Positions 8,508-17,532 of a stretch of DNA of 53,245 nt are shown piece after piece. Position 1 is the first letter of the stretch. Each line of letters begins with the position of its first letter. Position numbers and translations under genes: made by a program. This DNA is from Candidatus Eiseniibacteriota bacterium. GTDB lineage: Bacteria > Eisenbacteria > RBG-16-71-46. The DNA lies in contig JANMQY010000062.1 in assembly GCA_031370785.1 (NCBI GenBank), forward strand, positions 1 to 53,245, given 5' to 3'. Under the pieces are notes generated by a model. The model saw nothing but the letters and a program-made list of their open reading frames with translations, had not been told where the DNA came from and ran no database searches.

Positions 8508-9521
8508 ATGCTGGTGCTGCTGCAACCCGGAGTCAGCGAGGCCGCCGCGAACGATGTCGCGGGCCGATTGCGCATGTACGGTCTCGCGGTGCACCGCACC
8601 GATCACGATGGCCGGGTGCGCATCGCCGCCGTCGGCGAGGGCGCCAACGTCGACTGGGACCAGGTGCGCGGCTGGAGCGCGGTCGCGACCGTCCAGAAGA
8701 TCGGGGTGCCGTTCAAGCTGGTGAGCCGCACCTTTCATCCGCAGGACACCGTGATCTCGGTCGGTCGCTGCGCGATCGGCAGCGCTCAGCTCGCGCTCAT
8801 GGCCGGGCCGTGCTCGATCGAGGGCGAGGAGCAGGCCTTTCGAATCGCCGCCGCGGTCGCTAAGGCGGGCGCGACGGTGATGCGCGGCGGGGCGTACAAG
8901 CCGCGCACCTCGCCTTACTCGTTCCAGGGGCTGGGCGAGGAGGGCCTGAAGATCCTGCGCCGCGCCGCGGACGCGCACGGTCTCGCGGTGGTGAGCGAAG
9001 TGATGGACACCCAGCAGGTCGAGCTGGTGGCACGCTACGCCGATATCCTGCAGCTCGGCGCGCGCAACATGCAGAACTATTCGCTGCTGCGTGAAGTCGG
9101 GCACATCGACAAGCCGGTGCTGCTCAAGCGCGGGCTCGCTTCCACGATCGAAGAGTGGCTGATGAGCGCCGAGCACATCCTGTCGAATGGCAACGCGCAG
9201 GTGATCCTGTGCGAGCGCGGCATCCGCACCTTCGAGACCTACACCCGGAACACGCTCGACCTGAATGCGATTCCGGTGGTGAAGGAGCTGAGCCACCTGC
9301 CGGTGCTGGTCGACCCCTCGCACGGCACCGGCATCCGCAACAAGGTGGCGCCGATGGCGCGCGCCGCGATTGCGGCCGGCGCGGACGGTCTGCTCATCGA
9401 GGTGCACCATGACCCCGATCACGCGCTGTCGGACGGCCCGCAATCGCTCTACCCCGAGCAGTACTCCGACCTGGTGGACCAGATCCGGACGATTGCGGCG
9501 GTGCTGGGGCGAACGGTGTAG
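8508..9521 (+). CDS. aroF: DAHP synthase (type I-beta) with N-terminal ACT-like regulatory domain
   Basis: [49 protein letters not shown] motifs. Confidence 0.95.
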   Translation: MLVLLQPGVSEAAANDVAGRLRMYGLAVHRTDHDGRVRIAAVGEGANVDWDQVRGWSAVATVQKIGVPFKLVSRTFHPQDTVISVGRCAIGSAQLALMAGPCSIEGEEQAFRIAAAVAKAGATVMRGGAYKPRTSPYSFQGLGEEGLKILRRAADAHGLAVVSEVMDTQQVELVARYADILQLGARNMQNYSLLREVGHIDKPVLLKRGLASTIEEWLMSAEHILSNGNAQVILCERGIRTFETYTRNTLDLNAIPVVKELSHLPVLVDPSHGTGIRNKVAPMARAAIAAGADGLLIEVHHDPDHALSDGPQSLYPEQYSDLVDQIRTIAAVLGRTV

Positions 9522-9586
9522 CGAGCCACCACAGCGTGGGACGCGTGAGGCGACGGGTCCGCGGGCAGCGCGTCAGGCGCCAACGC

Positions 9587-9952
9587 TCAGATCCGCTCGA
9601 GCTTCTCGAGCGTACGCTCGTTGCGAACATCTCCGGTGTTGAGCGTGCTCTTCGGCTCGAGCAGGACGATGTGAGCCTCTTCCTCGGCGACCGGGCAGTG
9701 CTCGACTCCACGGGGCACGATCAGGAATTCGCCCGGCTCGAGCGTCACATCACCGTCGCGCAGGCGGATGGTGAGCTGTCCCTTCACCACGAGGAACATC
9801 TCGTCCTCCTCCTCGTGCTGATGCCATACGAACTCGCCCTTCACCTTCACGAGCTTGATGTAGGAGTCGTTGAGCTCGCCGGCGATCTTCGGGGAGTAGG
9901 TGTCTCGGAACCGGCTGAACTTCTCGGCGAGATTGACCTTGGTGAGCGGCAT
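9587..9952 (-). CDS. Cupin-domain protein (121 aa)
   Basis: KVKGEFVWHQHEEEDEMFLVVKG…IVPRGVEHCP cupin motifs; start at MPLTKVNL. Confidence 0.9.
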   Translation of the reverse strand: MPLTKVNLAEKFSRFRDTYSPKIAGELNDSYIKLVKVKGEFVWHQHEEEDEMFLVVKGQLTIRLRDGDVTLEPGEFLIVPRGVEHCPVAEEEAHIVLLEPKSTLNTGDVRNERTLEKLERI

Positions 9953-10052
9953 GGGGGTCTCCGAGGCCTGAGTCTTCGTGGAGGCGGAGCGTCGCGTGCC
10001 GGTGCGATCTTGACACACCGCGCCACGCTGCGGCTTAATGCTTCGCCTCGCA

Positions 10053-10128
10053 GGGCGATTAGCTCAGCTGGTAGAGCACTTGCTCGACAAGCAAGGGGTC
10101 ACTGGTTCAAGTCCAGTATCGCCCACCA
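10053..10128 (+). tRNA. tRNA-Val (GAC)
   Basis: Cloverleaf: acceptor GGGCGAT/ATCGCCC, D arm GCTC/GAGC, anticodon arm CTTGC-TCGACAA-GCAAG, T loop TTCAAGT, encoded CCA. Confidence 0.95.
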
Positions 10129-10190
10129 TTTTCGCGGCGGCCGGCGTTGCGGCGGGCCGCCGCGGCACATCGCCCGGAACGGACTCGCCC

Positions 10191-11966
10191 ATGCCGCAGG
10201 CCCCGATCGCCAGCGCCGGACCCGACCTCTCGCACTATCCGGGAGGGGAGCCGCTGTATCGCGTGCGCCACTCCGCGGCGCACGTGCTCGCGACCGCGGT
10301 GACCGAGTTGTTCCCCGAGGTCAAGGTCGCCGGCGGCCCGCCGATCGACAACGGCTTCTATTACGACTTCGCGCGCGACCAGCCGTTCACGACCGAAGAT
10401 CTCCAGCGCATCGAGGCGAAGATGCGCGAGATCATCGCGGCGAATCAGCCGTTTGAATTCTCCGAGACCTCGCGCGACGAGGCGAAGAAGCGCTTCGAAG
10501 CTGCGGGGGAGAGGTACAAGCTCCACTTCCTCTCGCAGATTCCGGCCGACGCCAAGGTGACCTACTACCGCAACGGTCGATTCCTCGACCTGTGCCGCGG
10601 CCCGCACGTGGCTTCGACCGGCGAAATCCGCGCGTTCAAGCTCACCCATGTCGCGGGCGCCTATTGGCTGGGCAGCGAGCGCAACGAGATGCTGCAGCGC
10701 ATCTACGGCACCGCGTTCCCGACTCAGCCGGAGCTCGAGGAGTACCTGAAGCGGGTCGAGGAAGCGTTGCGCCGCGACCACCGTCGGCTCGGCAAGGAGC
10801 TCGATCTCTACTCGGTGCATGAAGAGGTGGGCGCGGGGCTGATCCACTGGCACCCCAAGGGCGGGATGATCCGCCACGTGGTCGAGAACTTCTGGAAGGA
10901 TGAGCATCTGCGCCGCGGCTACCAGATGGTCTACACCCCGCACCTGGCGAGCGAGAAGCTCTACGAGATCTCGGGTCATCTTCAGAACTACGCCGACATG
11001 ATGTACTCGCCGATGGACATCGACGGCCAGCCTTACCGGGTGAAGCCGATGAACTGTCCCGGCCACATCATGATCTACCAGACCCGCAAGCACTCGTATC
11101 GCGAGCTGCCGATCCGCTACGCCGAGCTGGGCACGGTCTACCGCTACGAGCGCTCGGGTGTGCTGCACGGCATGGAGCGCGTGCGCGGCTTCACCCAGGA
11201 TGACTCGCACATCTTCTGCACTCGCGAGCAGCTCGCGGACGAGGTCGAAGGCATCCTCGACCTGATGGACTTCCTGCTGCGCGCGTTCAAGTACGAGTAC
11301 ATCTGCTACCTCGCGACCCGGCCCAAGGAAAAGTTCCTCGGCACCGAAGAGGAATGGGACTTCGCCACCACCGCGCTGCGCCAGGCGCTCGAACGCCGTG
11401 GCCTGCCCTACGAGGTCGACGAGGGCGGCGGCGCTTTCTACGCACCCAAGATCGACGTGAAGCTGCGCGATGCGATCGGGCGCGAGTGGCAGTGTCCGAC
11501 CATCCAGGTGGACCTGAACCTGCCCAAGCGCTTCGGCGTGCACTACACCGGGCCCGATGGCCAGGACCACGAGGTGGTGATGCTCCACCGCGCGCTCTAC
11601 GGATCGCTCGAGCGCTTCGTCGGGATCTACATCGAGCACACCGGCGGCGAGTTCCCGGTGTGGGTCGCGCCGGTTCAGGTCATGATCATCCCCGCGAACC
11701 CGAAGGCGTACGACTACGCCCAGGACACCGCGCGACTGCTCAAGGAAGGCGGCGTTCGCGTCGAAGTGGATCTGCGCGACGAGAAGATGGGCGCCAAGAT
11801 CCGCGACGCCGAGCTGCAGAAGATCCCGTACATGCTGATCGTGGGTCCACGCGAAGCCGAGGCCGGCACGGTTGCACCGCGCCGCAAAGGCGAGGGGCAG
11901 CTCGAGGCGATGAGCCGCCCGGCGTTTCTCGAGCGCCTGCAGAAAGAGACACGCGAGCGCAGCTAG
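10191..11966 (+). CDS. thrS: Threonine--tRNA ligase lacking the N-terminal TGS (N1) domain
   Basis: RHSAAH, DLCRGPH, RDHRRLG, KPMNCPGH, RVRGFTQDD, GAFYAPKID motifs; start placed after the tRNA. Confidence 0.96.
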   Translation: MPQAPIASAGPDLSHYPGGEPLYRVRHSAAHVLATAVTELFPEVKVAGGPPIDNGFYYDFARDQPFTTEDLQRIEAKMREIIAANQPFEFSETSRDEAKKRFEAAGERYKLHFLSQIPADAKVTYYRNGRFLDLCRGPHVASTGEIRAFKLTHVAGAYWLGSERNEMLQRIYGTAFPTQPELEEYLKRVEEALRRDHRRLGKELDLYSVHEEVGAGLIHWHPKGGMIRHVVENFWKDEHLRRGYQMVYTPHLASEKLYEISGHLQNYADMMYSPMDIDGQPYRVKPMNCPGHIMIYQTRKHSYRELPIRYAELGTVYRYERSGVLHGMERVRGFTQDDSHIFCTREQLADEVEGILDLMDFLLRAFKYEYICYLATRPKEKFLGTEEEWDFATTALRQALERRGLPYEVDEGGGAFYAPKIDVKLRDAIGREWQCPTIQVDLNLPKRFGVHYTGPDGQDHEVVMLHRALYGSLERFVGIYIEHTGGEFPVWVAPVQVMIIPANPKAYDYAQDTARLLKEGGVRVEVDLRDEKMGAKIRDAELQKIPYMLIVGPREAEAGTVAPRRKGEGQLEAMSRPAFLERLQKETRERS

Positions 11967-11978
11967 CCTGGACGAGGG

Positions 11979-12617
11979 CTACCAGGGAAAGGTGAGTCCG
12001 GCCTCGATGGTGGACCACGTGTAGACGAGGTCGCCCGAGTACCAGTGGAAGCGCGCCTCCGCGAATCCGCCGAGTGCCGCCTCGGGGGCGATCTCGAACC
12101 CGGCGCCGAATCCCAACAGCATCCCGTTCTCGCGGTGCGCCGTCCGCGTTCCGTTGGAATAGCGCCCTCGCTCGTCGTAGCGCCCGAAGTGCTGCGACGC
12201 GACGCCCGTCTCGATCCCGGTGAGAAGGCGCACGCTCGGCGAATTGGGCCAGGCCACGAGGCGGTGATGCAGGCCCACCGTGAGCGAGTACAGCCCCCAG
12301 GATTCTCCGCTCAACGTGTCGCCGATCGAGGTGCTGCCGCGCAGTGGGAGCAGTCCCGAGTGCATTCGCACGAACAGGCCGAGATTACGACCCGCGGGGA
12401 ACTCGACGCCGCCGCCCAGTCCGAATCCGGTCTGCCAGTATCCGGTCGTGCCCTGGCGATCGGGAAATACCGGCCCGGTTTCGAGCCACCAGCGTCGCTC
12501 GACCGGAATCTCGGGAGGAGGCCCGCTTCGCGAAAAGCGAGGAGCGTAGATGTCTGCCGCCGCAACCGACGTGCAGAGCGGCAGCAGCATGAGGATCAGG
12601 GACGCGGTCCGACGCAT
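11979..12617 (-). CDS. Outer-membrane beta-barrel protein (OmpA-barrel-like)
   Basis: Signal peptide; alternating amphipathic strands (GFGLGGGVEF, GFGAGFEI, GGFAEARFHW); C-terminal aromatic GLTFPW. Confidence 0.65.
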   Translation of the reverse strand: MRRTASLILMLLPLCTSVAAADIYAPRFSRSGPPPEIPVERRWWLETGPVFPDRQGTTGYWQTGFGLGGGVEFPAGRNLGLFVRMHSGLLPLRGSTSIGDTLSGESWGLYSLTVGLHHRLVAWPNSPSVRLLTGIETGVASQHFGRYDERGRYSNGTRTAHRENGMLLGFGAGFEIAPEAALGGFAEARFHWYSGDLVYTWSTIEAGLTFPW

Positions 12618-12624
12618 TCGAAAC

Positions 12625-13230
12625 TCAGCGCGTGACCAGCCCGATCCGGAACGGAACCACCGGCGCGCCGGCGCCCGAGAGCAGAAACTGATAGTGGACG
12701 TCGGCGAACAGACCAGCCGAAGCGAACGGCAGCATGCGAACGCCCGTCCCGATGCCGAGCATGAGGTTGGTTTCCGTCTTCGGATTCGTCACGGAAGGCG
12801 AGGTCCAGTCGCTCCGCGTCGAGCGGATGTTCGCGACGCCGAGCAGCGCCTCGGCATAGTTCTGAACGCGCGAGAGCGGGCCATGCAGTCGCAACCCGAG
12901 CGCGACGCTGGTGAGACGCGCGGCAGGACCCGTGAACGTGAAAGGCTTCGTCAGGTCATTCGCGGAACCGAGCGGGAACACTCCGGAGTAGGGCGGGGGT
13001 GCGGGCACGCGCGTGAACGACGCTTCGGCGATCCACTCGGCGGGTGGCGCGAAGTTTCGTTCCAGGCCGAGTGAGGCGTTCCATCCGGTCTCACCCGTGA
13101 ACGACGCAGACCCGTGATCGGGCAGGCACACACCGCCGGCAAAGTAGTAGTGGTTCTGCCCGAGCGCGGGTTGTGCCGTCCCGGCGACGAGCAGTAAGGC
13201 GAGGGCGAGATACTTCACCAGAGAACGCAT
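12625..13230 (-). CDS. Outer-membrane beta-barrel protein
   Basis: Signal peptide (LALALLLVAGTAQPA), RBS GAGGAGG, strands GWNASLGLE, LGIGTGVRM, GLFADVHYQF, VPFRIGL. Confidence 0.7.
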   Translation of the reverse strand: MRSLVKYLALALLLVAGTAQPALGQNHYYFAGGVCLPDHGSASFTGETGWNASLGLERNFAPPAEWIAEASFTRVPAPPPYSGVFPLGSANDLTKPFTFTGPAARLTSVALGLRLHGPLSRVQNYAEALLGVANIRSTRSDWTSPSVTNPKTETNLMLGIGTGVRMLPFASAGLFADVHYQFLLSGAGAPVVPFRIGLVTR

Positions 13231-13272
13231 CGCGGATCCTCCTCATTCCCGGTGCTCTGTAGGGTGCCTTCA

Positions 13273-13301
13273 AGGCTACGCTTGGAATTCGTCCCGCTCA
13301 A
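13273..13301 (-). promoter_or_regulatory. Sigma70-type promoter for the second OMP pair
   Basis: Minus strand TTGAGC-N17-TAGCCT. Confidence 0.5.
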
Positions 13302-13362
13302 TGTCCAACCCCTCGCCGGCCCGGGCGGTTCCGGGTGGATTCCGGGGCGGGAGGGCGCTCCC

Positions 13363-13410
13363 AAACGCCGGCGGGGCCCCGCCGCACATGCGACAGGGCC
13401 CCGCCGGTTT
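13363..13410 (-). terminator. Intrinsic terminator-like hairpin after the first OMP pair
   Basis: Perfect stem CCGGCGGGGCCC/GGGCCCCGCCGG (13368-13379 and 13396-13407), extendable by G-U pairs on the minus strand; short T run follows. Confidence 0.6.
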
Positions 13411-13426
13411 GCGACCGTGACCTCGG

Positions 13427-14065
13427 TCAGAACTCGAAGGAGAGCCCGACCGACCCTTCGTTGTGATTCGTGAACCAGATGTTCCTGCCATTGGAATCGC
13501 TGGCCGTGTTGCGGGCGATCACCTGCCCGATGTGGCCGAACAGGGCGGTCCGGCCGCTGATCGAGGCATACATCCCGATCCGGCCATTGATCCCGATCTG
13601 TGTGACTCGCGGCCATTTCAGATCGACAAACGGGTCGCCGCTTCCGGTGTACTCGGCCTGACCGCTCCAGTAGAGAAGGCCGGGCCCGGCATAGATCGCG
13701 GCCCGATCGTTGACGAACGCGAATCGGTCAGCGCCGAACCGCACGTTCCACGACCGGCTGGTGTAGGTCTCGACCGCGGCTCCCGCGGCGGACGGACGAA
13801 ACTGCACCCGCCCGACATCGGTTCCTCCCGAAAGCGAGACCGTCCACTCGTCACCGGTGAAATGGTGATACGCCAGATGAGCGCCGAGCTCGCCGTCCTC
13901 GTACTCGTTGACCGAGCCGGTGGCGGGCCCCACGAGCTGGGTCTTGTTGCCGTTGAATCCGAGCCACAGCATCGAGTTGCCTTTGCCGAGACGGTCGGAT
14001 CGTGCGGACTCGGGGAGAACCAGAACCGTGACCAGCGCCACCGCCGCGATGCACATCCTCTTCAT
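13427..14065 (-). CDS. Outer-membrane beta-barrel protein (paralogue of the upstream gene)
   Basis: Signal peptide; C-terminal GSVGLSFEF (BAM-type aromatic end); shares SWxxRxGADRF and YAGPGL blocks with 14078-14740. Confidence 0.75.
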   Translation of the reverse strand: MKRMCIAAVALVTVLVLPESARSDRLGKGNSMLWLGFNGNKTQLVGPATGSVNEYEDGELGAHLAYHHFTGDEWTVSLSGGTDVGRVQFRPSAAGAAVETYTSRSWNVRFGADRFAFVNDRAAIYAGPGLLYWSGQAEYTGSGDPFVDLKWPRVTQIGINGRIGMYASISGRTALFGHIGQVIARNTASDSNGRNIWFTNHNEGSVGLSFEF

Positions 14066-14077
14066 CGAGCGGCGTCC

Positions 14078-14740
14078 CTAGCGCCCGAAGGTGAAGACGA
14101 CGCCCATCGCGCCATCGTGTCCGCTCGGCCACCACGTGGCCTCGGCACCCTGGTCCTTGGCCGAGGCGTGGCCGATGTAGTGCCCGAGCTGTCCCATGAG
14201 CTGGATGTTCTCGTTGAGCTTCATCATCACGCCGATCCGGCCGGAGAGCGCGATGCGCGTGGTGCTCTCGGACTCGACCGTTGGGTTCGGCCCGCCCGGG
14301 CCGCCCTCGAACTTGGCCTTGCCATTCCAGATCTGCAGGCCGGGCCCGGCATAGAAGTGGTAGCGCTCGGAGAAGTGCCCGAACCGGTCGGCGCCGACCC
14401 GCAGCTGCCATGAGCTCTGCGAGTACTTGAAGTCCTCATCCCCCGGATTCGCGGGCACGCCGGGTTGATCCGTCTCGCCGAAGAAGCCGAGGCCGGCCGT
14501 GATGTTGAGGGCATAGTCGGTCGAGACGAAGTGCCAGTACTGCGCCGCGAGGCCGATCTCGGAGTGATCGTAGGCGGAGAGGTAGCCACCGCCGTTGATC
14601 GGTCCGACCAGATCGGCTACGCCCTCGGTGAGGTTCAGGGCGAGCAGAGTCTGGCCCTTCTGAAACAGCGCGGCGTGCGCCGAACCGGCGACGCCCAGGA
14701 ACAGAACAGCGGTGACGATCCATATGGCGAGCTTCTTCAT
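14078..14740 (-). CDS. Outer-membrane beta-barrel protein (220 aa)
   Basis: MKKLAIWIVTAVLFLGVAGSAHA signal peptide, RBS GGAGGT, C-terminal GAMGVVFTF. Confidence 0.78.
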   Translation of the reverse strand: MKKLAIWIVTAVLFLGVAGSAHAALFQKGQTLLALNLTEGVADLVGPINGGGYLSAYDHSEIGLAAQYWHFVSTDYALNITAGLGFFGETDQPGVPANPGDEDFKYSQSSWQLRVGADRFGHFSERYHFYAGPGLQIWNGKAKFEGGPGGPNPTVESESTTRIALSGRIGVMMKLNENIQLMGQLGHYIGHASAKDQGAEATWWPSGHDGAMGVVFTFGR

Positions 14741-14789
14741 GATGGTGACCTCCATGCGTCGCCGGCCTCCATGGCCGGAACGAGGCCCG

Positions 14790-14818
14790 AGGCTAGGAAC
14801 GGGGAAGGGCAGTGTCAA
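14790..14818 (-). promoter_or_regulatory. Sigma70-type promoter for the first OMP pair
   Basis: Minus strand TTGACA-N17-TAGCCT. Confidence 0.65.
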
Positions 14819-14870
14819 TCCCAATAGCTCTGCGTCTTCGGGGATGGGACTCAGGATGTCCGAAAGGCGC

Positions 14871-14900
14871 TTGCGCTCACCGCTACCCTGCCTTTAGACT
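14871..14900 (+). promoter_or_regulatory. Sigma70-type promoter of the infC operon
   Basis: TTGCGC-N18-TAGACT immediately before the L20-leader-like sequence. Confidence 0.5.
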
Positions 14901-14908
14901 GCGCCCCG

Positions 14909-15059
14909 CAAGCAGAAGCCCCGCGCTTCTCACCCCCGCGGGCCCGATCGGGCCACGCTCAAGGGTTCGGGCCGTGAGACCGTAGACATCACGAGCCATG
15001 AAAGCACCGGCGATACGCCGGGCGGGGATTCCGTTTGGAGATCCCGCCCGGCGTTTTTG
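14909..15059 (+). ncRNA. L20 leader-like ribosomal protein autoregulatory RNA with terminator
   Basis: Begins AAGCAGAAGCCCCGCGCTTCTCACC, resembling the Firmicute L20 leader 5' hairpin; ends in hairpin ACGCCGGGCGGGGA…TCCCGCCCGGCGT plus TTTT (15015-15058); upstream of infC-rpmI-rplT. Confidence 0.75.
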
Positions 15060-15118
15060 CGTGCTGCGTCACGCGAGCCGGGTGTCGTCGAAGCGAACAT
15101 CCACCGGAGGTGACAGCC

Positions 15119-15757
15119 ATTTCGGTCATCAAGCAGCCCGAAGTCCGCGTCAACGAGCGCATCCGTGTGCCTCAGGTGCGCGTGATCGGGGACGATGGCG
15201 CACAGATCGGCGTTCTGCCAGTGCGCGAAGCCCTCGCTCTCGCACAGTCGAAGAGCCTCGACCTGGTCGAGGTTTCGCCCACCGCGCGACCGCCCGTGTG
15301 CCGGATCATGGACTACGGGAAATTCAAGTACGAGCAAAACCGCAGGGCGCGCAAGGCGAAGAAGAAACAGCACCAGATGCAGCTCAAGGAAATCAAGATG
15401 CGGCCCAAGATCGAGGATCACGACTACGACTTCAAGGTGCAGCACGCGCGCGACTTCCTGACCTCGCGCGACAAGGTCAAGGTCACGGTGACTTTCCGGG
15501 GACGCGAGATGGCGCACCAGGACATCGGCATGAAGCTGATCCAGCAGGTGATCGCGGACCTTGCCGACGTGGCGTCGGTGGAATCGCCGCCGCGCTCGGA
15601 AGGAAAGCAGTTGAACGCGGTGCTCATGCCGCGGCAGCAACAGGCGCAGGTGAGCAAGGCGCCGAAGGCCGAATCGAACGCGACCCCACCGGCGCCGGCA
15701 GTCAAGCGTGCGCCTGAAACCACGCGCGGACCGTCTGCGGCCGCCGCGAAGGAGTAA
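15119..15757 (+). CDS. infC: Translation initiation factor IF-3 (ATT start codon)
   Basis: RVNERI…LDLVEVSP…PPVCRIMDYGKFKYE…FRGRE; GGAGGTG RBS at 15106-15112 then in-frame ATT at 15119. Confidence 0.95.
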   Translation: MSVIKQPEVRVNERIRVPQVRVIGDDGAQIGVLPVREALALAQSKSLDLVEVSPTARPPVCRIMDYGKFKYEQNRRARKAKKKQHQMQLKEIKMRPKIEDHDYDFKVQHARDFLTSRDKVKVTVTFRGREMAHQDIGMKLIQQVIADLADVASVESPPRSEGKQLNAVLMPRQQQAQVSKAPKAESNATPPAPAVKRAPETTRGPSAAAAKE

Positions 15758-15759
15758 CG

Positions 15760-15957
15760 ATGCCCAAGCAGAAGACCAATCGCGCCGCGGCCAAGCGCTT
15801 CAAGATCACCGGCACCGGAAAGGTCATGCGTGCCCACTCCGGACTCCGTCACGGCATGGTCGGCAAGTCGCGCAAGCGCAAGCGCCGGCTGGTCGGCGTG
15901 TCGCTGGTTGCCGACGTAGATCAGCCGCGCGTGCTGCGCATGCTCGGAAAGCGCTGA
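15760..15957 (+). CDS. rpmI: 50S ribosomal protein L35
   Basis: MPKQKTNRAAAKRFKITGTGK; synteny with infC and rplT. Confidence 0.97.
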   Translation: MPKQKTNRAAAKRFKITGTGKVMRAHSGLRHGMVGKSRKRKRRLVGVSLVADVDQPRVLRMLGKR

Positions 15958-16025
15958 TCCGACTTCCCTAGAACACACACGACCCCGACGCCGCAGACAC
16001 CCAACGGGGCAGGAGACCATTCGTC

Positions 16026-16382
16026 ATGCCACGCGCAAAAACCGTCGTTCCCGGACGCGCCCGCCGGCGCAAGGTACTGAAGGCCGCCAAGGGCAACTTC
16101 AGCGGCCGCCGCAAGCTGTACAAGACCGCGCTTCAGACCGTGCAGCGCGCCGGGCAGTTCGCCTGGGAGCACCGCCGCCGCAAGAAGCGCGACTTCCGCG
16201 CGCTGTGGATCGTGCGCATCAACGCCGCGGCGCGCGACAACGGCCTCACCTACAGCACACTGATCGCCGGCCTCAAGAAGGCCAACGTGGACGTGAATCG
16301 CAAGCTTCTCGCCGACCTCGCGGTGCGTGACGCGCCCGCGTTCGCGAAGCTCGCGGAGGTGGCGAAGTCGGCGGTGGCTTAG
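16026..16382 (+). CDS. rplT: 50S ribosomal protein L20
   Basis: [21 protein letters not shown]…[10 protein letters not shown]. Confidence 0.97.
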   Translation: MPRAKTVVPGRARRRKVLKAAKGNFSGRRKLYKTALQTVQRAGQFAWEHRRRKKRDFRALWIVRINAAARDNGLTYSTLIAGLKKANVDVNRKLLADLAVRDAPAFAKLAEVAKSAVA

Positions 16383-16385
16383 CCG

Positions 16386-17531
16386 ATGAGCGGCCCCGAT
16401 CTGCAGAAGGGACTCGATCCCGCCTGGCCGAAGGGAAATCCGGACGCGCTCCTGCCCGACTGGCAGAAGCGGCTGCCCGAGATCAAACCGTTCGCGCCAG
16501 AGGCGGCGCTCGCCACCGAGATATGGGGCGCGGCGCTCTCGGGCGCAGGCGATCCGGCCGCTCTGCTGCTCGTCCAGTCGGCGGTGATCGGACGGGAACG
16601 CGGCGCGTTCACCGCGGCCCTGAGCGAGCTGCCGAACCTTCCGCTCGAGGAGCGCAAGGTCCTCGGCCGGGCGCTGAACATCGCCAAGCGCCTGCTCGCC
16701 GATCTCGCCGAGGCCAGGCGCGCCGAGCTCGAGCGCGCTTCCGAGCTCAAGGATGCCCTCGACGTCACGCTCCCCGGACGACGCCCGTGGGTCGGGCGCC
16801 CGCACGTGCTCACGCAGGTCCGCGACGAGTTGCTCGACCTGTTCCACGGTCTCGGCTACTCGGTGTACCAGAGCCCCGAGGTCGAGCTCGACGAGTACAA
16901 CTTCACCAAGCTCAACTTCGCGCCCGACCATCCGGCGCGCGACGCCCACGACACCTACTTCGTCAACCCGCAGGTGGTCCTGAGAACGCACACCTCGCCG
17001 GGATGGGTGCGAGCGATGGAGGAGCGGAAGCCACCGCTGCGGCTGGTGTTCCCGGGGCGCGTCTACCGCGCCGAGCAGGTGGACGCCAGCCACATGGACC
17101 AGTTCCACCAGATCGACGGGCTGTACGTCGACAGGAACGTGAGCATGGCCGACCTCAAGAGCACGCTCAACACCTTCGCGCGCTCGATCTACGGCGAGGG
17201 CGTTCGCACCCGGCTGATCCCGATCTATTTCCCGTTCGTCGAGCCCGGATGCCAGATGGACGTCTCGTGCGTGATCTGCGGGGGAGAGGGGAAGATCAAG
17301 GGCGAGGGCGGCGAGAAGCGCTGCAGCGTGTGCAAGGGCTCGGGCTGGCTCGAAGTGCTGGGCGCGGGCATGGTGCACCCGAACGTGTTCCGCGCGGTCG
17401 GCTACGATCCGGAACAGGTCACGGGCTTCGCATTCGGAATGGGCCTCGAGCGCATCGCGATGCTGCGGTACGGCGTCCCCGAGATCCGATTGTTCCTCGA
17501 GAACGATGTCCGTTTCCTCGCCCAGTTCTGA
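16386..17531 (+). CDS. pheS: Phenylalanine--tRNA ligase alpha subunit
   Basis: LDVTLPG, HPARDAHDT, LRTHTS, FHQIDG, YFPFVEP, GFAFGMGLERIAML. Confidence 0.96.
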   Translation: MSGPDLQKGLDPAWPKGNPDALLPDWQKRLPEIKPFAPEAALATEIWGAALSGAGDPAALLLVQSAVIGRERGAFTAALSELPNLPLEERKVLGRALNIAKRLLADLAEARRAELERASELKDALDVTLPGRRPWVGRPHVLTQVRDELLDLFHGLGYSVYQSPEVELDEYNFTKLNFAPDHPARDAHDTYFVNPQVVLRTHTSPGWVRAMEERKPPLRLVFPGRVYRAEQVDASHMDQFHQIDGLYVDRNVSMADLKSTLNTFARSIYGEGVRTRLIPIYFPFVEPGCQMDVSCVICGGEGKIKGEGGEKRCSVCKGSGWLEVLGAGMVHPNVFRAVGYDPEQVTGFAFGMGLERIAMLRYGVPEIRLFLENDVRFLAQF

Positions 17532-17532
17532 C

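Noticed and set aside
10038..10190. N-terminal extension of thrS in the ORF track
   Set aside because: It runs through the tRNA-Val gene; the start at 10191 is more plausible.
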